DNA from: the human T2T-CHM13v2.0 reference genome, Homo sapiens
DNA: 64,000 bases
Strand: one strand, 5' to 3'
Assembly: GCF_009914755.1 (NCBI RefSeq)
Contig: NC_060930.1
Shown here: one piece after another, positions 41,472 through 55,180 of the stretch
Layout: each line of letters begins with the position of its first letter
Position numbering within the stretch: position 1 is the first letter of the stretch
Program-made: the position numbers and the translations under genes
The notes under the pieces: model-generated
Database searches by the model: none
Told to the model about the DNA's origin: nothing
The model's input: the letters and a program-made list of their open reading frames with translations, nothing else

Positions 41472-43479
41472 TTCATGATTCTTGCTCTCCAGGAAAAACA
41501 TCTTTCAAAAACATTGAAAGATATTTCAACACTGAAAGAATGGAGAAATCTTTGCCTTCAGGTTTGACTCCACCTAAAGCATCTGTAATAGATTCACTGC
41601 ATGGCCTCAGATGCTAACTTCTTAGTGGAGTAATGGCATCAAAACTTGTAATCTGAACTAATTTAAGTATAACTTTATTCACATATTCTTCTCTTTAAGG
41701 ATTTTCATCTCACGGATTTTAATTGCAGTAATAAATGGATTCAGTGTATTTTTGCCCCAGATTATGTACTCATTCTTTCAGCTAAGCAATATTTATTGAG
41801 AATCTATGATGTGATGGATATTGATCCTAGTGCTGGAAGCAGCAATGAATGAACTATACAGAAAGCCTCTACCTTCAGGAAGTGAGGGAGAACCTTGAAG
41901 AGGTGTCTTTCAAATATTGATCTTGCCAAAGTCTGTTGTGGAGTTTAGTAAACTGTACCAAAGCAGTGTATGACTGTTAGCAAAATACACATAATTTCAT
42001 TTTCACTTGCAGCTTATAAAACCTGTCAGTCATTTCTCCAAAATATTGGATTTTCTAGCTCTAGCTTGGGATTTCCATTGATTGCCAGTAGAATTTAAGG
42101 AAATTTCCTTTCTGAGGCCAAATGCATGTCTCAGCGCTGTCCATGTGGAAATGGTCAATACAATTTGACCAGTAATAGTTTTTTGATTGTCTATGGGAAC
42201 ATCTGGATCTTTGACCTCACAAGTAGTTAAACAACATGCCCTTCTCCCTATGCAAAAGTGTTTGTTCGTTTGTGGCTCAGAGGCTCTGCGTTTGCATGTT
42301 GGGCTTCATGTTCTGGAAGTCATTTTCTCTAGCAGTGAGGTTATTTAATTCCAAGGACTGGTTTGAATTTCTTTTTAAACTACAAGTGTATAGGATTACA
42401 TTTAATTGTTGGTTTATGTACAGGAGCATTGCTACACTGAGCTGCAAGGAGCACATTATAAAGTACTCGTTTGTCCTGAGTAAATATTCATTCAGTTACA
42501 GGCTGGATGAGAGCCCATGCATCTCTGAATCATGATGTCTGGAGATCTGGACATCAGATAGGCAAATATCTGGAGATATTGCTGATATTATCTATTAACC
42601 TTTTGCTATCTGTAGGGTCTTATAAAGTAGCTTGACAATTGCAGTGTAAATCAGGAAAACGAATGCCTAAAGCTTGGACACATCGACCAGATGGCTGGAG
42701 TTTAACAAGTGTGAGTACATATTTGTTGGCAACACACAGTCAGACAAAAAGGCGCTTGTCCTGGCAGCTCACAGTGTCGTCTGTCCAGGGGCGGCAGCAA
42801 CACAGACTGAGGCCTTGCTGCACATTGTATCAGGCTCAGGGGCAGGAACATAGGGTCCTTTTCTGGGTCAAATCTCCCTCTGAAGGTGAGAGTCAAGTCA
42901 AGGAATGATTTTCTTGAAGTGCAGCATGCTCTTCCAGCAGTTTCTGAGAGGGAGATGTCCCTAAAAGGGTGAAGAGAGGGCATTTGTTCCAGGACCCTGG
43001 TTCCTCCACCTTCCAGGATCCAGAGGCCTGACTGTTCATCACCACTTTCAGTGCATTCTCAACGCTCACTCTCTGCATGATTCAGAAGGCCACATTCTTC
43101 ATAATACAGTCATGCTAGACTTGGAATTTTGACAAGCCATGTTCTCATTTCTGTGATCTATGCTTCATAAAGACCATATGGAGTATACTAAATCTAAAGA
43201 AATCTATCTGATTGTGAACACACTGTGTGAGACACTACTAAGAAGGGAGTCAGAGTGAGGAGGGCCTCTGGTGGCATTTTCCAACTTGGCTGATTGACAC
43301 AACTAAAAGTGTTAGACATAATTGGGAGTATGTCATTAGACACTCACTAACAAGGTGGTACCCCACTTAGCAGAACCCTTTTTCCACCTAAGGGTCCTGT
43401 TCAGTGTGGTGAGGAGCGACATTGGTCAGCAAACGTGGCTGCTGCGTGTGGTACTCATGTTACAGAAACTTCCTAAACC

Positions 43480-43880
43480 CTTTTGGGATCTCTCTATTGC
43501 CTTGAACAGATGGCCTGTGAGCTGCGGGGCCTTCTTCCAGATCCACGGCCTGCAGCATCTAGGCTTGTGCCCAATCACTAAATGGAGTCCTGCAGGGCCC
43601 TTCCTGATCTGGCCCCTGCCAACTTCCCCAGCCTTGCGTCTCTCCACTCTCCAGTTCTCCTGGTTATCTGAATCCCATTCCCTTCTAGCCATTCTTCATT
43701 TCCTTCATTTCCTCAATTGCCTTTAGAGTTTTGCATCAACAGTTTCTCATTCTTAGAGCAAACACCCTCCCAGCTTATCTTGCACCTCCAACCTTCACTG
43801 AAGACTTGTTTAATACTAGTTTCTCTCTCCCCTACTTAATCAGAATACATTATTCAGAAAGTTTTCCACAACCCATCAGG
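43480..43880 (+). mobile_element. L2 fragment
   Basis: ggcccttcctgatctggcccctgccaacttccccagcc. Confidence 0.55.
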
Positions 43881-44249
43881 ATGTAGCCAGTTTGGCTGAT
43901 CACCTAGAAGGGACCCCTTTTTCCCAAATCTAGGTTGGTTCTTCCCGCTTCCTCAATGCCAAGGATAAGGGCACATCAGACAGAGTCACTGCCTCCATCC
44001 TGCCCCAATGACCTCTGCTCTGTAGACCTCTGGTCCTGCAGGCTAACCTCTGAAGGACCAGGGCTCTCCATCATGGGAGGAGCAAAATCTTCCCCTCATA
44101 AAACCCCATGATTTACATGGTAGAACTGTGCTTTGTATCTTGTACACACTACCACCAAATGACCCTATTCTGCTTCTACCTTCTTCCTTCCGCAAAACCA
44201 GATACACAGCAGGCCCCATTATGGTTTTAGGGTATATAAGATGGTTTCT

Positions 44250-44410
44250 CATATATTACATTTCTGTAGAGGAGTGAGCATTGTTACTCCCTGTACTCTA
44301 CAATGAGTTTTGAAAGGAAAAGTCAACTCTGACTAAGATCACACAGCTGTTGAGGAATAGGTTTGGGATTTGAACCCCGATATACTCAGTTCTTTCCATT
44401 ATGTCCACCA
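44250..44410 (-). mobile_element. MIR
   Basis: ctaagatcacacagctg...gggatttgaacccc. Confidence 0.65.
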
Positions 44411-46399
44411 ATCTGTTTTCTTTTCTTTTTTGTTCTATATTGCCTCCTGTTTTCTCCAACACAAAGTGTCTATGGACTTCACCTTTTAAAAATGACTGTA
44501 TATAAGTGAAATGTGTTTGGCTTTAGTTGTTTGCCTTCACAGCTATCTTTTTGAAAACAAAGTGTGGCTAGGTGTAAACCCTTGGGATTCTGAGACAATA
44601 AGTAAAAGATGAAATAGCATTGCAAACTTCTGACATTTTTGAACTGTGTATCAAGATTTGTGGCATATGTATTTGAGTCTGCTACAGGAAAATTCCCAGA
44701 GCACATACCACAATTATTCCCAAAGTACCTTGAACTGAGATGCCTAGTCAGTTCCTATAACTGGGTGCACCAGAGATCGCACTGTACTCCATGCCATAAG
44801 CCTTCACAGGTACAGGTTTTTCTAAAATGGAGCTTGTGCAGAGGCTATAGTCGTTTTGCACAATGAAAGAGGCTGTCTTCAATGTGCATTTCGATGTGTG
44901 CTATGGGAATCAGGACTAACCACGACCCATGGAGACAATGCTGCATGACTTGGAGAGTGCAACGTAAGACGCAATGACTCTGAGCCTGCACCACGCCATC
45001 TGACCTCAGGATCTCCCTGCAGGGATACGAGGAGATCTTAGCCATATAGCCTTTCTATTGCCCTCTACTGTCTAGGGATAAAATGACAGAAAACACAGTT
45101 CTGCATTTTGGAAGTTTGCTTAATAACTAAAAAAATAAAAATAAAAATTACTCTTGGGCTGAAAGCAGGTTTTCCAAGTTTTGGTTCATAATAAGTAGTT
45201 TTTAAACATTTAAAAATAGGGGTATGTAATAAAATGCTGAGAGACTCTCTGGAGACCGCTGCTGCTGGCACTGCTCTAATAGAAAGCATACGCCATTGAG
45301 CTAACATTCTGTTCTTTGACTGAAGAAGAAAACAAAGCTGTTAAAAGCTGGTAAGCTCATTTTCCAATAGCAATAGCATTAATATCTTTCAAGTCACTCC
45401 TAACCATACCTAATTAGAGGTTTATAAGGGATGGCTCTTCTGGAAGGGTCACCTCAGGTTACGTAGCCCACAGATTTGCTGTTGATTGTTGGCAACAATG
45501 GATTTGTGTAGATTTTCTGCTCAGCTCGAGGTGATTATCTTTTTTCTTTTTTTTCTTTTGCTGGTGTGTCTCTTATTTTGACTGGCTGAGGTTGGGCTGG
45601 ACGATGAGGCCCTGATTTGAAAGCAGTGCCAGGTTGTTGCTGGAGATCTGCACTGACAGATTGTTGAAAACTTATTAGTCTCTGACGTTTTAACAGCCTG
45701 CAATGGGATAGAAATCTGCTCTTTCACTGGAAAAGCTTAAAAAGGAAAACATGAGCTCGAGCTGAAATCAGCCCCAGTTCCAAATCTGCCGTCCTCTGGC
45801 ACCGGAGTGCTGAGGGCTGCCACAGTGTGTAGAGATTGAGGCCTGACTATGCCACCCACATGGTAGACAGGACTCTGCATAAAATGATGTGGCCCTGGGC
45901 CACTGTCACGTAGGAGACCCTGAAAATGTATCTTCTGGGAGCTGGGGTGTTCTCAACACTGGGTGCTAATGGCTTCAGCAGTAGGAGAAATCAGCCTCAC
46001 TGAGGTTTCAGCTGGGTGGCTGGGGGGATTCTTTTGGTCATAGCCATTCTATAAGATAATTCAAGAAAAAGGACTAAGAAACACTTCAGCTTGGTATCCT
46101 CTTTGGGGTAACTTCTACCTCAAATGGGCAAAATGATGGCAGCCGGTATCACTGGTGAGAGACATCTGGAGCCAATTAAGAGCTCTAATACAGAGATAGC
46201 TATATTGTAATTATTTGATACAATGCTAGAGTAATTCATTAAGCATCCTGGTTCTTCGAAAGCAAACCAAGCCTCTCCAGTCCAGTCCATAAAGATTTTT
46301 TTTTAAATCACTATTGACCCCAATTTTTCTCCAATCCCCTCTGTGACGACCACTTTGATTAAGCTCTCTGCTTTCACCCCCAGCAGTTTTGCTCCCATC

Positions 46400-46800
46400 C
46401 TTGGCAGCTGCTTTCAAGATCTTAACCAAGGTTCTGGACTTTGCCCAGACAGCTACCTATGCCTAGAGGAGTCCTCTCTTTTACCAGATAACTCTTTCCT
46501 ATGCTCCAGACTCAGGCCTGCGGTCATGTCTTTCAAAGCCTTCTCCAGTAACCCCAGTCAGGGGTGGGTACCCAGCATTGAAAGTGCCCATAGCCTTCTA
46601 TGTTCTGACTTCAGAGTAGGCTACAAACTTCTTAAGGAAAAGACCTGGCCTGAATCTCATTTCATTTTGTATCCACACTCATGATACACTGTTAGCACAG
46701 AGTAGGCACTCAGTAATGTCTTGCTGACTGTTCACTTATTCATTCACTCACTTGATAGACATTAATGGAGATCCAAACTTCCAGGCACTGTCAGGGAGTT
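46400..46800. mobile_element. L2 fragments
   Basis: gcacagagtaggcactcagtaatg...ttcattcactca. Confidence 0.55.
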
Positions 46801-47289
46801 CAGTTTCTTAACAGGAGATATCTTTTTATGCTCTACAGACCTAAACTACTTTCTCTCCAGGCCTATCTTCTAGGGATCTGTCTTTGATTAGTACCATTCA
46901 GTTCTTGGTTGGGGAAAAGTGTGAGATGAGAAGTGACCCAGATGTTTGGAAATGTCATCTCAATGTCAGGTTTCGCCCTTCATCAGCCCATTGCAGCTGC
47001 ACATCATGCAGCTGCATCTATGGCAGTGCTTACTGGTGTATATGCAGAAATGTCCTGGAAAAATAATCTCTTCTCATGCTACCCCAGAAAACTTCAGAAT
47101 AGCCCACAGAATTACGGTAAGGAATTATTCATTCATTCATTTAATTAACATTGGGAGCGCCCATTATGCATTAGTCATTGTCCTAGACATTTAGGGATTC
47201 AGTGGTAAGCAAATAAAATAGATGCAATCCCAATAGATATATCAGCATACAGGCATTTGCCTTGTTTACCTAAAACCTCATTTGGGAAA

Positions 47290-47925
47290 TTCATGTATTA
47301 TATGGCAAACTTGCAGATTCGAAGTAAATAGAAAGGAAGTGAGGGTGGGGGTGAAAGCAGCCTGTGCTTAAGCTATGCCTACTCCAGATTCCCTTTGCCA
47401 CTCTTGGGACGGACAAGATGTACTTTACTTTCCACTAAACTTCAAAAACTTCCCCATAGACTGATCATGGTTAGCACTTTTTCAGCTCAAGAAACTTAGG
47501 TTTGATTTTTTTTTTCCCCAAAAAATGACTCTAGTCATATGTCAGGGGTTCTTTTTGTTCTGGTTGATTTTGTTTTAACATGCTATCTAGCACAGTCATG
47601 GAGTGGGTGAGTTTTTCTGCATTTCTGCAATAGCATTCAGTGTTTAGTTCCCAGCTTCATGGGTATCAAGAGGCAATTGCACCAATAAATTTCTAAACCC
47701 TGGATCACTGCCACAGTGCTGTGTTCTTGAAGTCAACAACTCAGTGATGCTTCCTAGTTTTCCACTTTCCCAATTGTGGCCCACTGGCCTAGTAAACTCC
47801 CAGCTTGGTGAGTCAATTTCACAGTGTGGTTTTGAGTGTCATTTCTGGAGGTCTAGCCTATAGCCTAATCCTCCAATAATTTCATAAACATCTAATTCCC
47901 TTTATTAAATTCCTTTCTGCTAAAA
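47290..47925 (+). mobile_element. Old ERVL-type LTR (LTR33-like)
   Basis: ctaattccctttattaaattcctttctgct resembles the LTR poly(A) region. Confidence 0.4.
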
Positions 47926-48604
47926 AACAATTATAAATGTGAGAAGAAAATAATAACCATAGCCTATTAATTTCTTTCTGATAACATTTAACATTACCTA
48001 CTTGCAGAAAACTGTTATCTTCTCAGCTGACACTCAGGCAAACCTCCAAGCATCAAGGATTTCTGTCTTTGGTTTTATTTGTTTGCTAATGTTTCCACTG
48101 TTCTGAAGATATCAAGACACATTCTCTAAAAAGATTAGTTGCTGGAGGTCTGCTGAGAGAATAATAAATTCAAGTTATAGTAACTACTCAGGAAAATAAA
48201 AAGATATATGAAAGCTTATCTGAAGCAGAAAAAACATTAACTGGTTTAAGAAAGCTGGAAGTGCTGTCGATTGAACAATGAGAACAAAAACGTGAGCTTT
48301 TCACTGTTTTTAATAACTCCTATTGAATGTGATGTGGGACTATTATCAGTATTTTAATATTGTCAATTGGATATAATTTTTCTTTAAGGAAAAGAGGTTC
48401 ATTTAATACTTAAGGGTGATTTTAAAAATGACTCCTAACATCAATTTTTTTATAACTAAACGTATGGTGAAAGTGATGATAAAATTCAGTTTACTTAAGA
48501 GAAATATATTTTGTGCACATTTTGCTAGAACATATTATTTAGTTCATGGAAATTATATTATTTTAATTTAAAAATTGTCTTAATGTAAGGATAGGTGCAG
48601 TAAT

Positions 48605-49207
48605 TTTTATTATGTTTAAATGGCAAATTAAAATTATATATATCTATTGTGTACAGCATGATGCTTTGAGATATGTGTACATTGTGGAATGGCTAAATCA
48701 AGCTAATCAACATATGCCTTACCTCACATACTTAATGTTTTGTGGTGAGAATACCTAAAATCTACTCTCTTAGCAATTTGCAAATATACAATACATTGTC
48801 ATTACTATAGTTGCCGTGTTGTACAATAGATTTCCTGAACTTATCCCTCCTGTGTAAAATTTTGTAATATTTTACCAATATTTCTTCAATTTCACCCTCT
48901 AACCTCACAACATCCCAAGCTCCTGGTAAATATTGTTCTACCCTCTGCTTCTACAAATTCAATTTTTTTGAATTCAACATAGAAGTGAGATCATACAGTA
49001 TTTGTCTTTCTGTACCTGGCTTATTTCATTTAACATAATGTCCTCCAGATTCATCCATCTTATCACAAAAGACAGGATTTCCTTCTTTTTTCAAGAGTTA
49101 ATAATATTCCATTGTGTGTGTGTGTGTATCTATATCACATTTTCTTTAGCCATTCAACTGTTGATGAACACTCAGTTGGCCCCACGCCTTGGCTATTGTG
49201 AATAATA
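48605..49207 (-). mobile_element. L1MA8-like 3' end
   Basis: ttgtggaatggctaaatcaagctaa...aaatctactctcttagcaattt...ttggctattgtgaataat. Confidence 0.85.
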
Positions 49208-49479
49208 GATGCAGTATTTTATAGCATTCATCTTTCCCTTCCTGAATAAAAGTCCAATTTTAGATTTAATGTGGAAAATTCTTAATAAATTAGCAACCAA
49301 CTTGTGAAATGTTGTGACTTTTAAAATTAGAAGAATTTCTTCATTTTCAATCCTAAAAACTAATATGGGAATTAAAATAGAATTTTACTGGATCAGTTAA
49401 ATTTGTTAATTTTTATTTTTGTTTTACAATCTTATCGACAATAATTTAAATCAGTACATTCTTGTGCATAATGAAGTAA

Positions 49480-49640
49480 AAACTAAGCTTCCAATGATAC
49501 TGTGATGTAGATTATATTACCCTGTTTTACAGATAAGAAGGCAGATTTGCAAAACTAAATGCCCATGATAGTACAGTGATAAGAAGAGGCAGCGACAGGA
49601 TTTGAATTTTGATCAGTCTGATCCAAAGCCCGTGCTCTAC
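49480..49640 (-). mobile_element. MIR
   Basis: ccctgttttacagataagaa...ggatttgaa...cagtctgatccaaagccc. Confidence 0.7.
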
Positions 49641-52129
49641 TAGATGGCAATTCTTGCAAACAGCCAGTGGTTAGTGGGTGAGAGAAGGGGATAAAAGTAA
49701 AGATAGTCTATTTGGCCAAGGCAATGAGCAGGTCAAAAGTAGCCAATATTCGAGAATCTATATATCTCAGTCAAACATCCAGTAAGCTGTCAACATTTAT
49801 TCTATCCATCATTGGAGAAGAGTATTCCATAGTGAGTGGTACTGCCTGTGCCTCAATTTTCTACTCTGCTAAAAGAGTACAATGCGAGTGTGAAAAGTAG
49901 AGGCACAGCACTTAGTACAAGGCTTAGCCCATAATGTGGGCACAAATGTTAGCAAGTCCACAGATATTTAGTCTACCTAATCCACAAAGATTTATGAAGG
50001 CCCTGGTATGAACAAGGCAGCAGGATTACAATAATGAGGCATGTTAGGAACACTAACAATGGACATAGTTTGACTCTTTATGGTCTCTGAGGGCAACAAT
50101 GGACATTACACACATGAATTCATATCCTCTGTGCTGTGGAAGGAGATCATGTGCCAGCAGGATCCCTCTGTTGCTAGCAGAGATCCAGCCCCTTGGATGA
50201 GTTCTTCAATAACTATGCCCTATTATCTGAAGGCAGTGTTGGCTGGGAGAGATGGGCACAAACAAGGCAAGTTGGTCTCGATATTTCAGGCACAGAAGAC
50301 AAGACAAAGATAGAATCCCTAAGGAGAGATTGGATCCTGAGAATTAGGCAGAATCCTGGTGAGCAGCACCAGGTACAAAGTCAGGGTCACCTGGCAGCAG
50401 GGTGCTTGCATGGGGACTCCCAGCAAGCTTGACTAGAGCATAGAAGGAGGAGGGTTGCAGCACCCGATAATCCAGCAGGGCACAAGACGTTCCCCCAGGA
50501 CAGATCCTGCAGTTTTCTGAAACGTAGACCCTGTGGCTTAGCCCAGTTAATCTCGTAAACTGGGTCATCACCCTGGGTTGCACAGCAAGCAGGAGCCTGG
50601 CAGCGAAGGCTGGATAAACACTGGCATCAACAGGAAAAAGCACTAGAAAGAAACTGGTTTTTTTCAAGCCCTGAGAACAATCAGATTCCCTCAGGTATTG
50701 CTTTCAAATCTGTTACCATCATCAGGTAACTTTACAAAACAGGGCAATTAAAGAGCTAGTTAAAGGCGCCTCAGCAATTTCCCAGACCTCCAGGGAGGTG
50801 AAGACAAGGAAGAGGACCACCTCATTGTCATTGGAAGGGCCACCACACCTGTTCTTGCTATTTGGTGATGAGCTTGTCTAGCCAGTGAACCCAGGCAGGC
50901 CATGACTGTTAAGGAATGCATGCTTCACAGGAGTTTCAAAAACTCCTCCTGAATTTGTTTATGGCCAAGAAAGAGAGCAAGACCCCAGCTCCTGTGCCCA
51001 TATTCACACCAATGTGCCTGTTGAGTGGCACATATAAGGCTGCCCTTGGGCTATGATAGCAAAGAGAAGTTATGCAACCTCAACCCATCAACCCCTGCCC
51101 CTAGAGGCCCTGCAAGGAAAGTAGAAAAGCTCTTCCTTCACAACACATGTCTGGACTTTTTCCGTAGCAAATGGCAGGGGAGCACCCTAGGGTCCTGGAG
51201 TTATTTCCTTGTAGGACTCAGAATGTGAATTGATAGAGCTTCCTAGCACTTTGTTTTGCCTAGAAGTTTAGAACATTTAGGAAACCTCTGATCCTTCATT
51301 TAAAAATATTAACACTTTCACTTTAATCACTTTAAACATAATCACTTTAAAATACAGGTAATGCAGAAAATGCATCCCAGTAATTTGAAAAGGTTTAATG
51401 TCTTCCAAAACAACGAAATAGGAACAAATACTATGATCAGACTCCATGGGTCGTTAATCCTCACATTTGCTTCTCTGACCTGACTTGGTGGCATACATTG
51501 GCATCCCCATGTTACTTATGAAGAAATGAAGCATGAAGAGATTAGGTGAAATGATAAATATGACACGAGGTGAGCAGAGTAGCTGGGAAGAAAGCTCAAG
51601 ATCTAGGATCTCCATTGAGAACTCAATGCTCTTTTGCACCCTTAATCTGTATCCAACCTCCTTCCTCCATGGTCCAGCCTCTTGACTCACAAAAGCAGCT
51701 TTCTTTCTTTTCATATCACTGAACCAACTGTCCATCTCCACATAATGTAGGCCATCTTAAAAAAAAATGGATTGATTTGAATGTAACAGCATCATCCTTT
51801 CTCCTCTCAACTTGCCCCTCTTTGTACCAGAGGATGTCATAATCAGGTGTGAAGAACATGAATTCTCACATCCAGGAATTTTTTCCCCTTAAATTTCTTT
51901 GTCTTATATAATGTATAGTTACAACAAAGATTGATGGGAATGGAATTAACCAAGTTGTGAACTGTAAAAGAAAGAGGAAAATGAGTGAATGTAGCTCATC
52001 TTCGGTCTCCTTAAGGGCAAAGGAAATATGTAGTGAGAACAAGTTATTGATGAAGACAGTCCAGTCTGCTACCAAATGGCCTCTCAAGGAAGACAGGTGC
52101 AGAGATGTATTGTACAAAGGGCCATTTTT

Positions 52130-53100
52130 ATATTCAGAGTTGTGAATATGAGGACAATTCTTATTTCAAAATATTTGAAATGAAGGAAAACATTCAGAGA
52201 ATAATTTAAGGGACACACCATTATAGAAAAAATTGATAGCCCCAGTGTGCCCTCCAACATTTCATTTCTCAACATTTCTTCCCCCTACCCTAAATTTGAT
52301 GCTTCATTATTCATTGCATGTTTTTTGCTTTTTCTATAAATTAATGTATCCATAAATAATATGTACTATTTTCAGATATTTTCAACTTCATAAAATATGG
52401 ACAATTGTTTTTGGCTTAACATTATACTTTTATGTTTTAAACATTATATATGTCTTATATGATTGGCATATTATATATTTTATATTATTTGAATATTCCA
52501 GATTTTTAATATTATGTATTTCATATATACATATTATATATATATGTTTTACAGTATATGTAGCTCTAATTCATTTTAACTGTTGTGTAGTATTCCACTT
52601 ATGAATAATACTTATTTGTCTGTTTTGTACCAAGACATTAAAGTTGTATATGAAATTTCTCTACTTATAAATCTAGAAGACAACTTGCTATGTCATAGGG
52701 TATGAACATTTCATCTTTGCTGGATTTTGCAAATAATTTTCTAAAGCAATTGTATCATTTTATATTCCATCCCGCAATGTGTGAGAGTATCCATTTCTCT
52801 ACAGTCTTGAAAACACTTGTTATTGCCAGACTTCTAAATTTTGTGAAATTGATGAGTTGAAAATAAACCTCATTTTATCTTTAATTTGCTTGCTTCTGAT
52901 CACAGCTACGGTTAAATATGTTTTCTATGTTTATTGACCATTCAGATTTTTCCTCGTCTATGAATTGCTTGCTCATGTACTTTATCCATTTTTCTATTAG
53001 ATTTGTTATGTTCTCACTGATTTGAAAGATTTATGTATACATTCAAGTACTAACGCTTTGTCAATATACTCATCATACAACTGTGGCCTGTTCTTAAATA
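52130..53100 (-). mobile_element. Old L1ME-like fragment
   Basis: tgtagtattccac, ttttatattccatcccgcaatgtgtgagagt, tttaatttgc. Confidence 0.6.
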
Positions 53101-53716
53101 ACTGATTGTATCTCTGCAGGAATTTGCCTTGCACAAAAGTTTTAACAAGCAAGTTAAAACTAAGATATAGATAAGAAAGTTGATATTTCCGTAAGTCTGT
53201 GAGTTCAGGAAAAGCATTAGGAATGCCAGTTTTTCATTATTTATCTACTTGTTTTTCCTTCCAAGTTCAGAGAGATAAAGTATAGGCCACCTAGCTTTAT
53301 GTTTGATAGTATCTGTGCTTTGCAGAGTGGGTAGTGTAGAATAATATGGGAGATGAATAAGGACCAATTTTGAGAATAATTAGCCGCAGATTATTGGGCC
53401 TAATAGATTGCATATCTTCCACTGAAATAGAAACTGTTTCAAACCAAATGCATCTCTAGTCGTGACTTCACATGGGAGCACATAGAATCTGCTCTATGCA
53501 GGGGCATAAGGCATGCAGAAACAATCTATTCCAACTTATCCCTCAAATATTTTACTACCAGGCAAGTCTCTGCTCATGACATAAGTCCCTAGACTCAGGT
53601 AACCAATGAAAACAAAAGTAGAATAATGTTATGGTAATGTCAGGTCACATGGATATATTGTCTTGGGAATCTTGATATGAAATCTTAAAATAACCTTGGC
53701 TATCTTTCTATTTCAG

Positions 53717-53777
53717 AGGTGTGGCGAAATCTTGTTTGAGAACCCCGATCAGAATGCCAAATGTGTTTGCATGCTGG
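53717..53777 (+). CDS. PDE7B: PDE7B internal coding exon (exon 2, 61 nt, phase 0 to 1), cAMP-specific 3',5'-cyclic phosphodiesterase 7B N-terminal region
   Basis: Acceptor ctatctttctatttcag|AGG, candidate branch TAAC at 53691-53694, donor CTGG|gtaaga. Translation RCGEILFENPDQNAKCVCML(G) matches my recall of PDE7B residues 8-28 (MSCLMVERCGEILFENPDQNAKCVCMLGDIRL...). Confidence 0.96.
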
Positions 53778-55096
53778 GTAAGAAGGCTTCTCATTTTAAA
53801 TATATTAAGCATGTTGATGTCATGTGGAGTTATCATTCTGTTGCCTTTTTGGCTGTCTCTCATTCTGTTTTGAAGAGGCTGATAGGTTCTTTTGTGGTTA
53901 TGCAGACAGCTATAACACATTTATATGTGTAACACTTGATGATGAGAAAAGGTTCTGATTTTCTTAATTGTCAGCCAGTCAAGGACCATGCTTCTGAGTC
54001 TTTCAAAAATTTTCTTGGATCATCAGCATAACATAGAATTAGGTGGTTTGTATTCAGGCAGCTATGATGAAAAGGTAAGAACCATGTTGTAATTCCTAAA
54101 CCAAAGATGGATGATAAGATAGACAAGTAAATTATTAAGTCCTTACATCACAGTACAAAACCCTTACTTAGAATTTCTGGAAGAAATGTATATTTGAACT
54201 ACTGTAATCTGAAGTCAGCACAACTATTATCGACACAGCATTTGTAACAAAATAACAACATTGTAATGAATAATCATTTGTTCTTGTAGGATGATATATC
54301 ATCAATGCCTTTGACAAACTCTTTTAATATATACTGTTAGGTAATGAAGTTGGTATTATTTTCCTCATTTTATAGGTTAGAAACAATTATAGAGAATATA
54401 AGTGATGCACTTAACCTCAAAGTGAGAAATGGTCCAAATCATGATATGAAAGTTTCTAAACAGTAAAATTTTAGGTCTAGTGTTTAGATCTTATTTAAGC
54501 CACTAAACTATGTCCAATAAAGTTGCAATTCATTATAGTAATAGAAGTAAACAGTAGCATGGATAAATAAAAATAATTTCTAAATTTTATTTTCACCAAA
54601 TTTTTACCTTTGTAGATTCTAACCTTGAACTATATTAATAAGCAAAGAAAAAAATTATTCATTTTAGCATTTTCTATTTACTCTGCCCACTTCATATATT
54701 GACAGTCTAGATTATTGGTGAAAAGCAGACAGCAAGTTAAATAGAGGCAGGCAAAGATCTTGGTAATTTATAATTCAAAATAATCATGTAACAAATAATC
54801 AAAGGTGGTACACGACTTAAGAAACAAACAAAAACCAGACATCATATTTTTCTAGCCTTCTAATCTTTCTTAAATTCTTTACTGATTTTTAAATCTCTCT
54901 TTGCAGTTCTATGTTTTTATTTTAATTAAGATGGTGGCTATATAGTAATACATTCATTGAAAAATGAACGTTTTACTAGAAGCACATGAACGAAGAATAT
55001 AGCATTGCATCCATACACCCATTTCAAATATCCAATATTCCTTCCCCTTGAAAGTGTGAAATGAAAATGTCTCCAAAGTTCTAATATTTCAGGTAC

Positions 55097-55178
<82 letters not shown>
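55097..55178. repeat. Compound tetranucleotide STR (TAGA)13(CAGA)7
   Basis: Counted directly. Confidence 0.97.

Positions 55179-55180
<2 letters not shown>

Noticed and set aside
43261-43276. CTCF-like GCCACCAGAGGCCC on the minus strand
   Set aside because: The 3' half lacks the GGC core; weak match.
53714-53719. Tandem (NAGNAG) acceptor at exon 2
   Set aside because: The second AG is offset by 2 nt, not 3, so it is not a NAGNAG.
53717-53777. Alu-driven single-exon circRNA
   Set aside because: The exon is very short and the nearest flanking Alus (40698, 62746) share the same orientation.
53696-53932. 78-aa ORF MAIFLFQRCGEILF... as a standalone gene
   Set aside because: Only 53717-53777 is the PDE7B exon; the flanks are intron read-through from a TTG start.
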